A stretch of DNA of 64,000 nucleotides from Mytilus californianus (lineage: Eukaryota), in assembly GCF_021869535.1 (NCBI RefSeq), contig NW_026262581.1, forward strand, positions 15,934,001 through 15,998,000, in the 5' to 3' direction. Below are positions 1-13,315 of the stretch, one piece after another (position 1 is the stretch's first letter; each line of letters begins with the position of its first letter). The position numbers and the translations under genes are program-made. The notes below the pieces were generated by a model, which saw only the letters and a program-made list of their open reading frames with translations, was not told where the DNA came from and searched no databases.

Positions 1-1107
1 TTGATGTGTAAAACATCAGCAGATTCACGTGTGCGCTTGACTCTAAATTATCGCAATAACATAGCAAGGTCATCACCTGACATGACCGGTCAATCCTTGG
101 CCTGACACATATCTGCATTGGATATATTTAGAATTTTCAATATATGTTTATAATGAAAAACCCTAATTTAAGCAAACTTGACTAAAATCTTGGTGGCCAG
201 TTTTTTTTTTAAAGTTAACTATCTGCCTTTGACAGAAAACTTTCAAGTGAAACCAAATCAAATACTGTTATAATTGCTTGGCGAAATTGCTTGCATCAAG
301 TTGACCATGCTGAGACGAATGTATGGAATTTAGTTATAGAAAATTTAATTTGAATCAACAGTATTTGCAGATTTTTATGTTAAGTATAGTGAGTTTTGGT
401 TGAGTTATGAGTATTATTATTTTTGGAAGAAAAAAATATGTAGAAAGCAATAATGGGACAAAGCAGGCTGGGTTGGTGTGGGCTGCTTTTATGGTAATTC
501 AAGTTACTTTTTATGCATCTTCTTCCACCTCAGAGCAATCAGCTCTTTGATTTTTTGCCTGTATAAAGAGCGTACGGGAGTTTAAACAAAAACACCTATT
601 TAACCCAAACAAAATTCTCAATGAGTTTATTGTAATGTTATTTATTGACATTTAAACATTTCCCTACAGTATGTAATGAAACAAATTATATTTGGAAAAG
701 ACATGCATTGATTGGTTACTGGTTCCTTTTTGTGTAATGGCCTATATTTCATGCTGATTCAGAAAAAAGACCAAGCTGAAAGTGTACACATTTCCTGTTT
801 CCATTCTCAATTCTGCTCCTATATATATATATACATTTAACATGTTCCAGCCAGTGAAAAGAGTAGGGTGCTAATCTAAAAAAAGGCATCTAAGTTTGTA
901 AATGGAAGTGAAAAGGGTCAGTTTATGGTGAACAACAATTTAAAGAAATAAAAACGATATTGATTCTGCATATGGTTTGTTAAAGCTACATTTCTAAACA
1001 TGCTCATTAATCTGACAGATGATTTATTTTGCTTTTTATATAAGTATTCCAATAAGGGAATAACTACCAATATGTTATATTTGAATGGATTAATTGTGTC
1101 TTTATAG

Positions 1108-1176
1108 GGTCCTACAACAGCGGTGACTTTTGCAAGAGATGGTGCTTACTTTGCTTCTGGTGGTTCTGATGAACAG
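1108..1176 (+). CDS. POC1: POC1 centriolar protein, internal exon (last WD40 repeat)
   Basis: tttatag|GGT...GAACAG|gtaag; 69 nt phase 0; [23 protein letters not shown] closely resembles the last WD40 of POC1A/B ([23 protein letters not shown], recalled). Confidence 0.93.
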
Positions 1177-2133
1177 GTAAGACTGCAATTTATGACATGT
1201 TTAAAGTTATAAAATCTGATTAAAATAAAGATCCTGTGTCTAAGCTTTTCTTACAATGATCTAAAAAAAAACGCTCCATTTTACTCTCTGTTTTAAAGAC
1301 CTTTCATGATCCTCTGGTTTTTTTGGATTAATACACACCTTCAAAAATTTTGTCAGAGTAATACACACCTTCAAAAAATCTGATATAACAATAACCAGAA
1401 CAGAAAGTAAAACGGAGTGTTTTCAGATCATTGTAAGCAAAGCTTGGACACAAGATATGTATTTTGATGAGATTAGATGTTATATATCTGTGAATTTTGT
1501 AATGAACAGAGAAATTAAGAAATGTATTGGATCCTCTTTTATAGAATGGTGATCTTTTTGTTACAAACATCCAAGATTAGCATCCATGAATAACATTAAT
1601 TTCACCTTAATGTTGAAGCACAGTACCAAAATTAGCCATGCATGAATTATTTTATTCAATGATATGTAGAGGAAGGCATATGAAAGCCACTTTTTGGTTC
1701 ACTTGATTTTGAATATCATATAGAATTATAAATCTTGTATAACTTTCTTCAAATTTCACAAAACATAATTCTCTCAGATATCAGTCAAGTATATATTTGA
1801 ATTTTATCCAACATATTTGATTTAGGCCTTCAAACTTCATGTATTAGGGGAAAATTTTACAAACTCAATAAGTTGCCTTTTAAAGTTTCCATCAATAATT
1901 CTTTATGAGCAACAGCCTTGCCCAAAAAATTGTTTGCCGCAAGATGTTTTACACATAGATGTTTATGTGCGTCAAGTATCTTGTTTGGTAAAGCTGTTGC
2001 TCATTTTTTGCCTGGTTGGATGAAGTGCAAAACCGGCTTATTATGGAATTGTTTGAGGAATTTTCACTAAGTTTTTCAGACTTGGGAATTTAGTCATTTT
2101 TCAGCAAAATTTATGAAAGAGTATATAAGATTA

Positions 2134-2345
2134 GTGTAATCAACTCCTCCTACAGCTTCAACCAAGATCCCTGAATCTTTACAGGAAGATTGCACACATA
2201 TTGAAGTTGTGCATCTGCTATTATGGAATTGTTTGGGGAAAATTTTTGAAATTTTATATTTCAAGTACTGGTATTTAAATTTTAGTATAACTCATTCTCT
2301 ATTGTTTAAGAAACATTCTGTAAAACCCGGCCATTTGAGTCTTTG
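2134..2345 (+). repeat. Dispersed repeat (HINE-core-like); second copy at 49526-49740
   Basis: GTGTAATCAACTCCTCCTACAG...TTGAAGTTGTGCA...TTATGGAA shared with 49526-49740. Confidence 0.6.
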
Positions 2346-3007
2346 ATCTTTTTTTATAGAAGTAGATATATTTAAAACCTTGAATTTTCAGAATGGTCTT
2401 ATGTTATTTCAAAGGAACAACTTTTTATGCAAACAAATGGAAGTAGTTTCTTTCACCTCTGGCACTTGTAACTTGAGCATACATCAAAAGATTCTGTTTT
2501 TTTTTCTCCCTATGATTCTGGAGTAGTGGGGATCCTATACTTTCTTACATCCTGTCCTTTATTCTCTAGTAGATAGTTGTTTAATTTGCAATCATACCAT
2601 ATTATCTTCCTTTATAAGAACAAATTTATTTGACTGATAATCATTATACTGATGCAGTTTGTTAGCCAAGGTATAAAGATAAGATATTTTTATTAGTTAA
2701 AAATACAAACAATAGAATTTTTATTAAAAAACACAGATAAACAATAAACAATACAAGATGTAACTTTGACAAAAACAGAGTTATATTGAGTTCATGACCT
2801 GTTGACTAAGGATTTAATTTTGTACTTGTTCAAAAAGTTATGATTGCTAGCACACATTCATATTTCATAGTAAGTAAAAGGGAACATTTGACTATTTTTT
2901 TTTTATTCATTGAATTCAAAGTTTTAATTTTCAAAATGTATTGTCAATAGTCTTTTCTGAATTAGATCAGCAATGGCTCCTGTCAGGTGTAATTCTTTTA
3001 CATAAGA

Positions 3008-4498
3008 ATGAAAATTAGAATTTACAAAAATATTTACTGCTTGGCAATTGCCACACCTCTCACATATATATTCAACAGAATGATAGATACTGATATATAT
3101 CCTTCATTACTGAAAAATGCTAAGGTAACACCAGATTACAAAGATGGTGACAAGGTTTTAGCAACAAATTACAGACCAATATCTGTTCTTCCATCTCTAT
3201 CAAAAGTATTAGAAAGGCATGTCTCAAATAACATGTACAAGTACTTGTCTAAATTTAAACTTTTACATCCTACACAATCAGGTTTCAGGCCACATCATTC
3301 TTGTCAAACTGCACTTATTGATATCATTGACAAATGGCTGCAAGAAATGAATGATGGTAATTTAAACTTAGCAATACTGTTGGACTTCAAAAAAGCATTT
3401 GATCTTGTAGATCATGACATTCTTTGCTTAAAGCTTGCTATTTACGGATTCAGTGAGTCTGCAGTAGGTTTTTTCAGGTCATACCTAAGTAATAGAACAC
3501 AGCAAGTAAACATTTGCAATGTCAATTCTGATAAAAAAGATGTGAAATTTGGTGTCCCCCAAGGATCTATACTAGGTCCTCTACTATTTGTCTTATTTAT
3601 AAATGACCTTCCCCTTTGCATTAAAAATTGTAAAACAGACTTATATGCTGATGATACTACTCTCCATAAATCCGGGAAAAACATAGAAAATTTACATGAT
3701 GATGTACAAGAAGATTTATGCAGAGTTGAAGAATGGTGCAAAATTAATAATATGTTCATCAATACCAAAAAAACAAAATGTTTGGTTACTGGAACAAGTC
3801 AGAAGTTATCAACTCAATCTTTTCAACCAAATTTATTAATAAATTCAGAAACACTACAAAATTCATCATGTGAAAAATTATTAGGTGTTAAAATTGACAG
3901 CACACTTAGCTGGACAAATCAAATTGATCAAATTTGTGCTAGCATTTCATCAAGAATATACCTTCTTTCTAAATTAAAGAAATTTTTAGATATTAATGCC
4001 AGGAAAGCATACTATAATGGGTATATTCTGCCGCTCATTGATTACTGCTGTATTGTTTGGGGAGAATGTAAAAATGAAGGGATGGTAAGAATATTAAAAC
4101 TTCAAAAAAGAGCAGCAAGATTAATTCTTGATGCAGACCCTTTATCCCCATCAGCCCCCTTATTTAAAGAACTTGGATGGATGACAGTTGAAAACAGAAT
4201 CAAATACCACAAATATTTACTGCTACATAAATGTATGCGGAAAGAAGCACCACAGTACCTACTTCAAAAGTTTCAACTTATATCTGTTAATAATCCTTAT
4301 GCTTTAAGGGGTGTCACTCAAGGTAATTTGATAGTCCCTAAGCCAAAAACTGAACAGTTTAAAAAATCTTTTGCTTATTCTGGATCAGTTTTATGGAACG
4401 GACTACCATATGAAATGCGTAAAGTGCAAAACACTTTTTCTTTTAAACAAATTATAAAACAATACTTGAGACAGTCCCAATATTCAGTCTTGAAATGA
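3008..4498 (+). CDS. Reverse transcriptase ORF of a CR1-group (L2/Crack/Daphne-like) non-LTR retrotransposon, no endonuclease
   Basis: 496-aa uninterrupted ORF with NYRPISVL, QSGFR, LDFKKAFD, GVPQGSILGPLLF, YADD, LLGV motifs and a CR1-group C-terminus (SFAYSGSVLWNGLP). Confidence 0.95.
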   Translation: MKIRIYKNIYCLAIATPLTYIFNRMIDTDIYPSLLKNAKVTPDYKDGDKVLATNYRPISVLPSLSKVLERHVSNNMYKYLSKFKLLHPTQSGFRPHHSCQTALIDIIDKWLQEMNDGNLNLAILLDFKKAFDLVDHDILCLKLAIYGFSESAVGFFRSYLSNRTQQVNICNVNSDKKDVKFGVPQGSILGPLLFVLFINDLPLCIKNCKTDLYADDTTLHKSGKNIENLHDDVQEDLCRVEEWCKINNMFINTKKTKCLVTGTSQKLSTQSFQPNLLINSETLQNSSCEKLLGVKIDSTLSWTNQIDQICASISSRIYLLSKLKKFLDINARKAYYNGYILPLIDYCCIVWGECKNEGMVRILKLQKRAARLILDADPLSPSAPLFKELGWMTVENRIKYHKYLLLHKCMRKEAPQYLLQKFQLISVNNPYALRGVTQGNLIVPKPKTEQFKKSFAYSGSVLWNGLPYEMRKVQNTFSFKQIIKQYLRQSQYSVLK

Positions 4499-4799
4499 TT
4501 GCAACTATTACTCTTTTTTTTTAGAATGTATGACTTTGATTTGTATATAATATCTATTCACTACATACAATCTGTAACTGTTTTATATGTTCTAATTATG
4601 GTACATGTACATTGAACTATCATGACTATACCATTGTGTTAATATGTTGTATGTTTGCTTTTTTTCTTTTATTATCATTTTTTACATGTATTGTATATGA
4701 GGGCCTCAGGGAAGATTAGTAATTGTAACTAACTGTGTTTACCCTCTTTAAATAAAGAATTTATTATTATTATTATTATTATTATATTATATTATTATT
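3040..4799 (+). mobile_element. 5'-truncated CR1-group LINE in POC1 intron
   Basis: RT ORF, 3' UTR with GAGGG...CCCTC / TTAGT...ACTAA stem-loop (about 4699-4746), AATAAA 4751-4756 and (TTA)n tail to 4799; 5' boundary approximate. Confidence 0.88.
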
Positions 4800-5252
4800 G
4801 CATTTGTATCACTCTCACACTCTGATTTTATTGTATTTGAAAATTTACTTGCCAACATCTGTGGTAGATTTGATTGTTTCAAGTAAAGTTCACTTGCAGC
4901 ATGAATTAACAGTGCAAGGTTATTTGCGAGCATCAAATCATAGATTGATGCCAGTAATTGTTGAATACAACAAGTTGCTTGTTATCTTCTTTATAATTCA
5001 AATGCATAAACCAGGAAAAACATTAAAATTTTGGAATATGTCTCTTTTAAGCTGGAAATGGTGTCAAACAGATGACATCTTACATTGTGCCTTAGATTTT
5101 CTTGTAGATAGATATACTTACAATATCAACAGTACATCAAAGATGCAAAATCTGAAGCTTTAAAAATGAAGATCTGCATACCTTGCAATTAATTAACATT
5201 CAAAACTTCTTTTCTCAAGTTTTTATAATTAATGAACGAAAAATATATTTAA

Positions 5253-5865
5253 GGTAGATGGGGTGTCTAAATTATAATCCATAGAATTTTTTAATAATTT
5301 GCCAAAACTTAGTTTATATCATGCTTTTTAAAAAAAAATAATAAAAAGAATAGGTCACAGGGCTTATTTTCACGCTACAGAATGTGCAAAATTGACAGAT
5401 TTTGTATAGATTATGCATGGAAAACCCAATTTTCTACAATAAAACGAAAACTACACCATAGAATTTTGAGATAAAATATGAGAAGATAGCTCTAATATTA
5501 TGCTTTAAAATAAGAAAAAGAAAAATATGGGTCACGGGACCCGTTTTCTTGCTACATAAAAAAATAAGTAAATTCCTAACACATTCTATTGTAAAAGTAA
5601 CTTAATCTGAATTATCTGCCCTTACATTTGAGTTGCTTCCCCTTATGTGGTAAAGTTTGAAAAAATTGAATCAAACAAAAGTATTCTATTTTTTTGTAAA
5701 ATACAACCATAAATATGATAAAACATGTCATTTTCTTTCCTGAAATGAAAATTCTTACACATGAATTACCTACTACTCTCAAAATTTGCACATTTTATTA
5801 AAGATCTAGACCGATTGTTTTCTGGTATTTCAAAATCCAAGATGGAGGAAGACACCCTATCTACC
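5253..5865. mobile_element. Non-autonomous DNA transposon (Kolobok-type MITE)
   Basis: 16-bp TIRs GGTAGATGGGGTGTCT / AGACACCCTATCTACC (1 mismatch), TTAA on both sides (5249-5252, 5866-5869); GG..CC termini with TTAA target fit Kolobok rather than piggyBac. Confidence 0.75.
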
Positions 5866-5960
5866 TTAAGGAAAATTTATATTTGATTGGTTCAAGGAGA
5901 TCAGTAGTAAAATGTTATTAATGTAAAAGAAATGTTCTGTATGTATGAATTTTATTGCAG

Positions 5961-6104
5961 GTCCTAGTGTGGAAGACAAATTTTGATCAATTAGATTTTG
6001 ATGATGTCTTGCAATCACATAAAGAAAGGGCTAAATCAAAAGAGCCTCCAAAAGTCAGTGACATTCCTCCACGAACACAAAAGAGAGCTGGAACACCTAC
6101 CAGA
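5961..6104 (+). CDS. POC1: POC1 exon
   Basis: ttgcag|GTC...AGA|gtaagt; 144 nt phase 0; begins VLVWKTNFD, the expected continuation of the last WD40. Confidence 0.93.
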
Positions 6105-6497
6105 GTAAGTGTTTGATTAATGAAATTGTATGTTGTATTTCAGTTTTACTTTATATGTTACTGCACTTAATTTTTTTATCAGTATTATGTCTTCGGATTC
6201 TTATTGGACCATTTGCTAAAGAACAAAGATTAATATATATCTTCAAACCATACACTTCTGTGAAGCACAACTTTTTCTATGGCTGTTGATTTCTTTAAGG
6301 CTTAACATGATTATATACAAGCGTATTGAATTGGAAATTGCTTTAATTGTGTTTAATGCATGTATTGTATTTGTTGGAGGTGACAGCATATGATACTGCA
6401 TGTCAACTGTCAAAGATGAATATCAATGTAATATGAAATTAACTTTTGTACATATCTAGTACACATAATGTGATACAAAACTTGCTTACACACACCA

Positions 6498-6696
6498 GGT
6501 ATCCGAATCCAAAACCGCAGAGGGATCCCAATCCTGAGGAGCAATTAATAAAACATTTGTAACGGTGGGTATTAAGTCAAATCTGGATCCAATTCCTATG
6601 CAAGAATAATGCTCCGTGGGAAATGGATCAAGATTTTACCTACCCACTGATACACACTTTTCATTAATTGCTCCTCAGGATTCGAATCGGGATACC
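6498..6696. mobile_element. Small MITE-like inverted-repeat element
   Basis: Perfect 18-bp inverted repeat AATCCTGAGGAGCAATTA (6530-6547) / TAATTGCTCCTCAGGATT (6665-6682) with outer GGTATCC..GGATACC. Confidence 0.55.
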
Positions 6697-7081
6697 CTTT
6701 GTTTACATTGAACTAGTAGAAATAATTTTTATAAAAAACATAGAAAGGGAAGATATCAAATTACCAAAGACAAAAAAGGGTATTTCCAGATCACATAGAG
6801 GACATTTAATGACTGTACATACAGCATACTTAATTTTTTGTATATTTGTAAATTTGTATTCTCTACTGATTAGAATATATTATCGCTTATCTAAATGAGA
6901 ATGATATGTAAATATGTCTTTGAAGTTTGAATAACTTATTGCAAAATAAAATATAAATAGTATGCATTGCAGGGGGCAAAAGTATTTAAATAAATCAAGT
7001 AGGAAAATTAACGTATCAGAATTATTATTTGTTCAAACTGAGCTTTTGTAAAGTATTTATACTATTTGTGGTATTTGACAG

Positions 7082-7168
7082 TTGGATTGTAGAGCAGAAC
7101 TTAAAAATATGGAAGATGAGCAACCCTTAGTTACAGAAGTAGGACCTGCACTGTTTTCTTCTGGACAG
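7082..7168 (+). CDS. POC1: POC1 exon (variable linker)
   Basis: ttgacag|TTG...CAG|gtagt; 87 nt phase 0, open (LDCRAELKNMEDEQPLVTEVGPALFSSGQ); supported by splice sites and phase, not by recognisable homology. Confidence 0.72.
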
Positions 7169-8721
7169 GTAGTGTGTGTGCCACGTGTGATCTTTTCTTT
7201 TCTTTAGAAGACTTTTTAGCTTTAGAAGTTTAAAAAATAAGTTTCTTAATTTGCCTATTTTAGTAGTACAGTAGAAAACTAGCTATATCAAATATACAAT
7301 TTCAACTAGTATTTTCAGCTCAGCTCAGAACTGGAAGTTTTTGATTGTTTTGAAACTCAATATGTAGTGTTAAAGGTTATGAAGTATTATTGATTCCACC
7401 CAAAAACCAAGGATGAAGATTTTGGAGATATTTAAAAATTGGAATAATAAAACATGTAGTTCATTGGGGAACTACAAAAGACAAGTTCTATTTATTTACA
7501 TTCTTGAACATTATTGTGTACAATGACATCTGACATAGGATGGCTGTTTCATCTTAGATTTCAAAAAGCTCTTTTGCAGCAATGACTAGTTTCAATGCTT
7601 GTACATTCGCTTTTGTATTTTATCAAAAATAATGTAACAATAGTTTATTAATGTTTATTTGAAATTGAGACTTTTAAAAGCTGTAGTTCTTTTGGCTACT
7701 CAGAAATAAAATATTGATTTTAGACTTCTCAAACAATTTTATTTGAATTGGAGTCGTCTTTCCTGAAATGTTGTTTGAATAATGTGTTATCATAGTCAGA
7801 CTCTTTCTCTCATGAATGCAAATGGATCTTCGGTAGGAATGCCATAGTTAAAAGTTCTAATGCTTGTTTATTTTTTAACATATTTATTTGATCAAATAAG
7901 GTTTTAAAGTGATTAATATTTGTAAAATTTTAACTTAATTCACACAACCATTTTTCCAATATGCAATCAAAGTGAATAGGTTATTTTAACACCATCTTTG
8001 TTACATAGCACATAATGAATATTTATTACTTCTTTTGCTTTATGTAAATGTTTTCATTTATATTTATTTAGACTTGCATTATGTATTTTACTGATTACTG
8101 ATTAAAATATTGATGCAAACGATATAGATTATAACCAATTACATGTTTGAGTTAAAGGATAAAATAATTAATCTTGATGGTTTACCTTTTCTTTTGTTGA
8201 AAATCCTTTATTCACCCCTTGAAAGTGGGGATAGGGAGGGAGGTTCTTTTTAAGGAAGAAAACAACGAATTATTTATTGAATGGCTATTATATGAAAATG
8301 TTTATTCTATTTACCATTTTCCTCAGTGTTGTTTCTTTCATATGTTATAAATTAAAACTGGATTTCTGTCATTGTGGTGAACATATGAAAACTGAAGCTA
8401 TTGTGACTGAATTTACTAGAAATGGATAATGCACCATAACTATTTTTGAATTATTTCTCTAAAAGAGATTCCTTTGAGTTAGAAGGAAAAACAGTATATT
8501 TTATAAAGATTGCATGATAGATTGATACAGTTGTACTGTTTTGTGAGAAAATTCAATTGAGGGATTTATATAAGCTTCATGGCTTTATGTCCAAAGTCAG
8601 TTCTCACATACTAAATCAGTAAATAACCTACAAGCATATTAATTGGTGTAAAGATGCATCTATGGGAGTATAACAATCTCCCACAAAAAGATTACTGTGG
8701 TCTCCATATGCTTCATTTACT

Positions 8722-9835
8722 TTTTTAGCTCACCTGGCTCAAAGGGCCAGTTTGTACTTTTGTTATTACTTGGGGTCTGTCATCTGATAACTGTTACAAA
8801 AATCCTCCCCTCTGAAAATATTGGGCCATATTGAACCAAAGTTGTCCACAATCATCCTTGGGGTTTCTAGTTTAAAAAGTGTGTCTGCTATTTATCCTGC
8901 AGGCAATCCAAAAATAGCCACAAAGGCTAAAACAAAACACAGGGGTAAAATGCAAGTATTGTGTATTATTTTGAAAACCATTATAGAAAGAGACAAGGGC
9001 AAAACTGTTCAGAATGTCACAATCTACTGCTTATCTGGACGAGAGAAACTTTAAAAAGCAAATATGATCAGCAAGACAAGATCTACACATAATTCAGCAT
9101 AGCTAAAAATATCTGTCGACTCCTTATAGGAATTATGGCCCTTATAACTTAGGACAATTTTACCCATTTTTTTTTGCTTTGCCTCTTACATGTCTTATCT
9201 TAAAAACTAAAATAGATAAAGAAAAACTTTTGTGTAGCAAAAATTATCAGCAGAGCTATATCTACAAATTTGCCCAAATTGTCTGTCTACCCCTTAAAGT
9301 AGTTTTTGTCCTTTAATGATAATTTTAACCCTTTCTTTTTGTATTTTTTTTAAACTATAGAAAAATAAAGAAAAATATAAAAAACAAAAATGATGAGCAA
9401 GGGAGATCTACAAAAAGGTCAACATTGCTGAAATTCTCAGTTGACTCCTGATAGGAGTTATAGCCCTTGAATATGATTATTACCATTTTCTATGTGTTTA
9501 GCAAAACCAATAGACGATAGAGATAAACTGTAAACAGATAAAATGATCTGCAATACAAGATCCATAAATTTGTCAACAAGGATGACATTGTCATTAAACT
9601 TCTTAGAGGAGTTATGTCCCTTGAATGATGATTTTTCTTTTACCCATTTAATTTGTTTTGGCCATAAGCTATAAAAGGCATTGAGAAACAGAAAAAATTA
9701 ACAGCAATACAAGATTAACAAAAAAGAGATTTTCATCATGGTTATATTCTAGTCTACAATGTTGAAAAGTGTCCCTTGTTGAAGATGCACATAAAACTAG
9801 GTGAGCTACGCAGGCTCTTTAGAGCCTCAAGTTTT
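8722..9835 (+). mobile_element. Helentron-associated interspersed element (HINE) with degenerate internal repeats
   Basis: T-run start, subTIR AGCTCACCT (8727) / AGGTGAGCT (9799), 3' hairpin AGGCTCT-TT-AGAGCCT (9812-9827), recurring ~150-bp core motifs (GGAGTTATGxCCC). Confidence 0.75.
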
Positions 9836-10051
9836 AAAGATTTTTTTCTGAGTTTTGATCTCAGGTACTAAGTAACTTGAAATTATATGACTAAGTGTAT
9901 GGTTGTATCTATTAGGGAATATCAGCATCCAATAAAATGTCAGTCACTATGACCAACTTTTAAAGCTTCATTGACTTATATTATTACAGTAGGTTGCTAG
10001 CAAATTACAGACACTATATGGCTTATGATTATATAAATTCATAATCATGTT

Positions 10052-12244
10052 CAGGGGCGGATCCAGGGGGGGGGCACCATGAAACCAAAATTAAATATTT
10101 GTTTAGAGATGTATATATGTGTGAGTGGGTGGTAATGGTGGGGGTTGTCAGATCATGGTTTCTATATTTCTATATCTTTTAATTTTTCACTATTTCACTC
10201 TATTCTTTAATCTTCTGCCAATTAATCTCTATTACATTCGTCCTAAACATGCATTATATATTTGCCACTGGGCATTAAGCAACCAACAATCAATCAATCT
10301 ATTCTTTATATTTCATCACCTCTTTATTCTGTTATCTCTTTTTTGGTCCCGCTTCTAATATAACTTTTTTGCCTCTTATTCTCTTATCTGTCAACCCTAT
10401 TCATATCCTCATAAATGGTGACCCATTCATAGCAAGATTTTTATGCCCCCGCCGTAGCGGAGGGGGCATTAAGTTTTACCCTTGTCCGTCTGTACGTACG
10501 TACGTACGTACGTCCGTACGTCCCGAAATTGGTTTCCGTTCTCTAACTTGAGTTTGCCTCAACCAAATGTTATGAAACTTATACACAATGCTTATTACCA
10601 CAAAACACAGATCAAGTTTGAATTTTGGTGGCGTCACTTTAACCGATCTAGAGTTATGCCCCTTTATAAAAGGAAATATTGCAAAATTTTTAGATTCCGT
10701 TCTCTAACTTAAGTTTGCCTCAACCAAATGTTATGAAACTTTTACACAATGCTTATTACCACAAAACACAGATCAAGTTTGAATTTTGGTGCTGTCATTT
10801 TAACGGATCTAGAGTTATGCCCCTTTATAAAAGGAAAAATTGCAAAATTTTTATTATCTTCTAAATATCAAGTTTATATAATATATTTTTAAAATTGGAG
10901 TTATCTTCCTTTGACCATGATTATAGTTGAATCAACTACAATCAATGCTTTTTACAATGCAATGTTTAATTTTGACTTCCACTGATAAAACACAGATCAA
11001 GTTGAATTTGGGTAGTGTCACTTTAACCATTATTGAGTTATACCCCTTTATAAATAGAAAGATTGCAAAATTTTTTAGTTTCCATTCTGTAACTGAAGTT
11101 TTCCCCAGCCAAACATTATGAAACCTATACACAATATTCATTACCACAAAACTCAGTAAGGATCAAGTACAATTTTTTTGTTTCAGTTCTCTAACTTGAG
11201 TTTGCCTCAACCAAATGTTATGAAACTTATACACAATGCTTATTACTACATAATAAAGATTAAGTACGAAATTAGGTGGCAACACTTTTACCATTCTAGA
11301 GTTATGTCCCTTTATAAACATAAAAATTGCTGAATTTTTTAGTTTGTCTCAACCAAATGTTGTAAAACTTATACACAACCGTTCTAGAGTTATGCGTGTT
11401 TACAAATAGAAAAATTGCTGAATTTTTAGTTTCTGTTCTCTACTTAAGTTAGCCTCAACCAAATGTTATGAGACTTACACACAATGCTTATTACCACAAA
11501 ACTCAGATCAAGTTCAAATTTGGGTAGCGTCACTTTTACCGTTCTTCAGTTATGTCCCTTTATAACTATATGATATGCAAGCGGGGGCATCATCTGTGTC
11601 CACATGTGGACACTATCCACATTTATTTTTTAAACAAATTATTGGTTTCCTTTGAAAATAAGGGGGAAAAGTAATATGACATTTAGTTTTTGAAAAAAAT
11701 CGTGTATGATATTGAAAAACACAGTTTCGAAAAAAAAAAATTCACAAGAAATGGTAATGTGAGTATTTTGTTATGAAGACCTGGGACATAGTATAATAGT
11801 CCCAGTGAAGTCATATCCCATATATCGATACCAACATGCTTGGCACTAAACATCTATTTGTACATATTTTTTTAGTTAGTAATTTTTTTCCTGATCAGAA
11901 GATTTCACCTGTTAATCAATCGTAATCACTGATTTTGTATTAGAAACCAATAAAAATATTCGTACTATTCCAATCAACATGTACATGTAGTTTACATAAA
12001 ATCTTTTGAAAAGAGATATTACACACAGGTGTCAATATTTACAAACATACCGATAAGTTGTCATAAATCAAGCATGTTGAAGTTGGGGTTAATTAACAGC
12101 CAGTTTAAGAAGTCAAATCAAGCTGTGATTAATTTCCGCTCAAGATAAGTAGATTCAGTAGCAATAAAAGTATGTAAGAAATTTTTTTGGTGACCTGGAC
12201 TGGGGGCACATCCCCCCTGTGCCCCCCTGGTAAATCCCCCACTG
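10052..12244. mobile_element. Possible TIR element (CAGGGG...CCACTG ends) carrying a nested HINE
   Basis: GC-rich imperfect inverted ends CAGGGGCGGATCCAGGGGGG / CCCCCCTGGTAAATCCCCCACTG, both flanked by ATGTT. Confidence 0.4.
10438..11625 (+). mobile_element. HINE (DINE-1/pearl-like) with ~160-bp internal tandem array
   Basis: subTIR ATGCCCCCGC (10443) / GCGGGGGCAT (11581), (CGTA)n microsatellite about 10494-10520, about 6 core repeats (10536, 10697...), perfect 18-bp 3' palindrome GTGTCCACATGTGGACAC 11596-11613. Confidence 0.85.
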
Positions 12245-13315
12245 ATGTTATTATAAATTTTTATTTTTATAAAAGATTTTGGAAGTAAGGTATGGAATAT
12301 GATGAAGTTTTATACATTTAATACTGTGAATAGTCTGGATTCTTTTCTTCAAATCACAGCATAAATAATTGATTATAAATATTACATGTAACAATTGTAA
12401 CATTTGAATTGAATGGGACAATTATTTTATGTAACTGCTCTTCATTTATCAGGACATAAAATGTCACTAGTCTCTCCGGGGAATTTAGCTAATGAAAATA
12501 TCAAATTTGTTTGATTAAGATAATCTTTTATTAGAATTATTGATTACTCTTTGAAACATGTGAATTGGTTTCATGCATATAACATTATTATTAATATTTT
12601 ATATACCAGTAATACATGAAACAATATATAAAGATCCAACAAATTTCTGATATTCCGATGTTGTATTACTCCAACTGATATATGATCATGTGGTGAAAAA
12701 AAAACCCTTGTGTCACTGTTGCACTTCTCAGCAGCCTAAAACAGTTTGCTGTATGTCAACTATTTTATTTTGTGATGCATACTTTGAATTTGGGTTTCCC
12801 TTAGTCACGCAGACTTTATTTATGAAGGATATGCATATATTAACTTGATTTAAACAAAATATAATTGAAATAATCTTTAACTTTTGCCCAATCCATGCAT
12901 TTTATTTGTAGTATACTTCCATTTTATTGGGGTTTCCTTTTGTGAAATTGATTGATTGATTGGTTGATTGGTGTATAACACCATTCCTTTTGTCAAATAG
13001 CAAATTTTGACAGATTTTATAAGCAATATGCAATTCTTACCATTATTCTCTAATTAATTAGATTAAGGGGCACAAATTCTTTTTCAAAAGCAGAATTATT
13101 CAACTAAGTTTTTTTTCAATATGATTCAGCGATTACGGAGACAAAACATGGACTTGATATATAATTAGTTACATTGACACATGCCTTTTGATAAAAAGCT
13201 GTCTGCCTGTATATGGCTTCAATAGTAAAGAGTTCATCTAAGTAGGTTTCTAGGGGGAAATATTAATTGAAATAAATATGATTATGCCAACAGAATTTTA
13301 TGGAAATCATGTCAA

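Noticed and set aside
3442-3768. 108-aa antisense ORF
   Set aside because: Shadow of the LINE RT ORF
4798-5163. 121-aa ORF after the LINE tail
   Set aside because: Starts at TTG in the (TTA)n tail; no motifs or splice support
12452-12500. Possible extra POC1 exon after tttatcag
   Set aside because: No convincing donor or homology; the exon chain is already in phase without it
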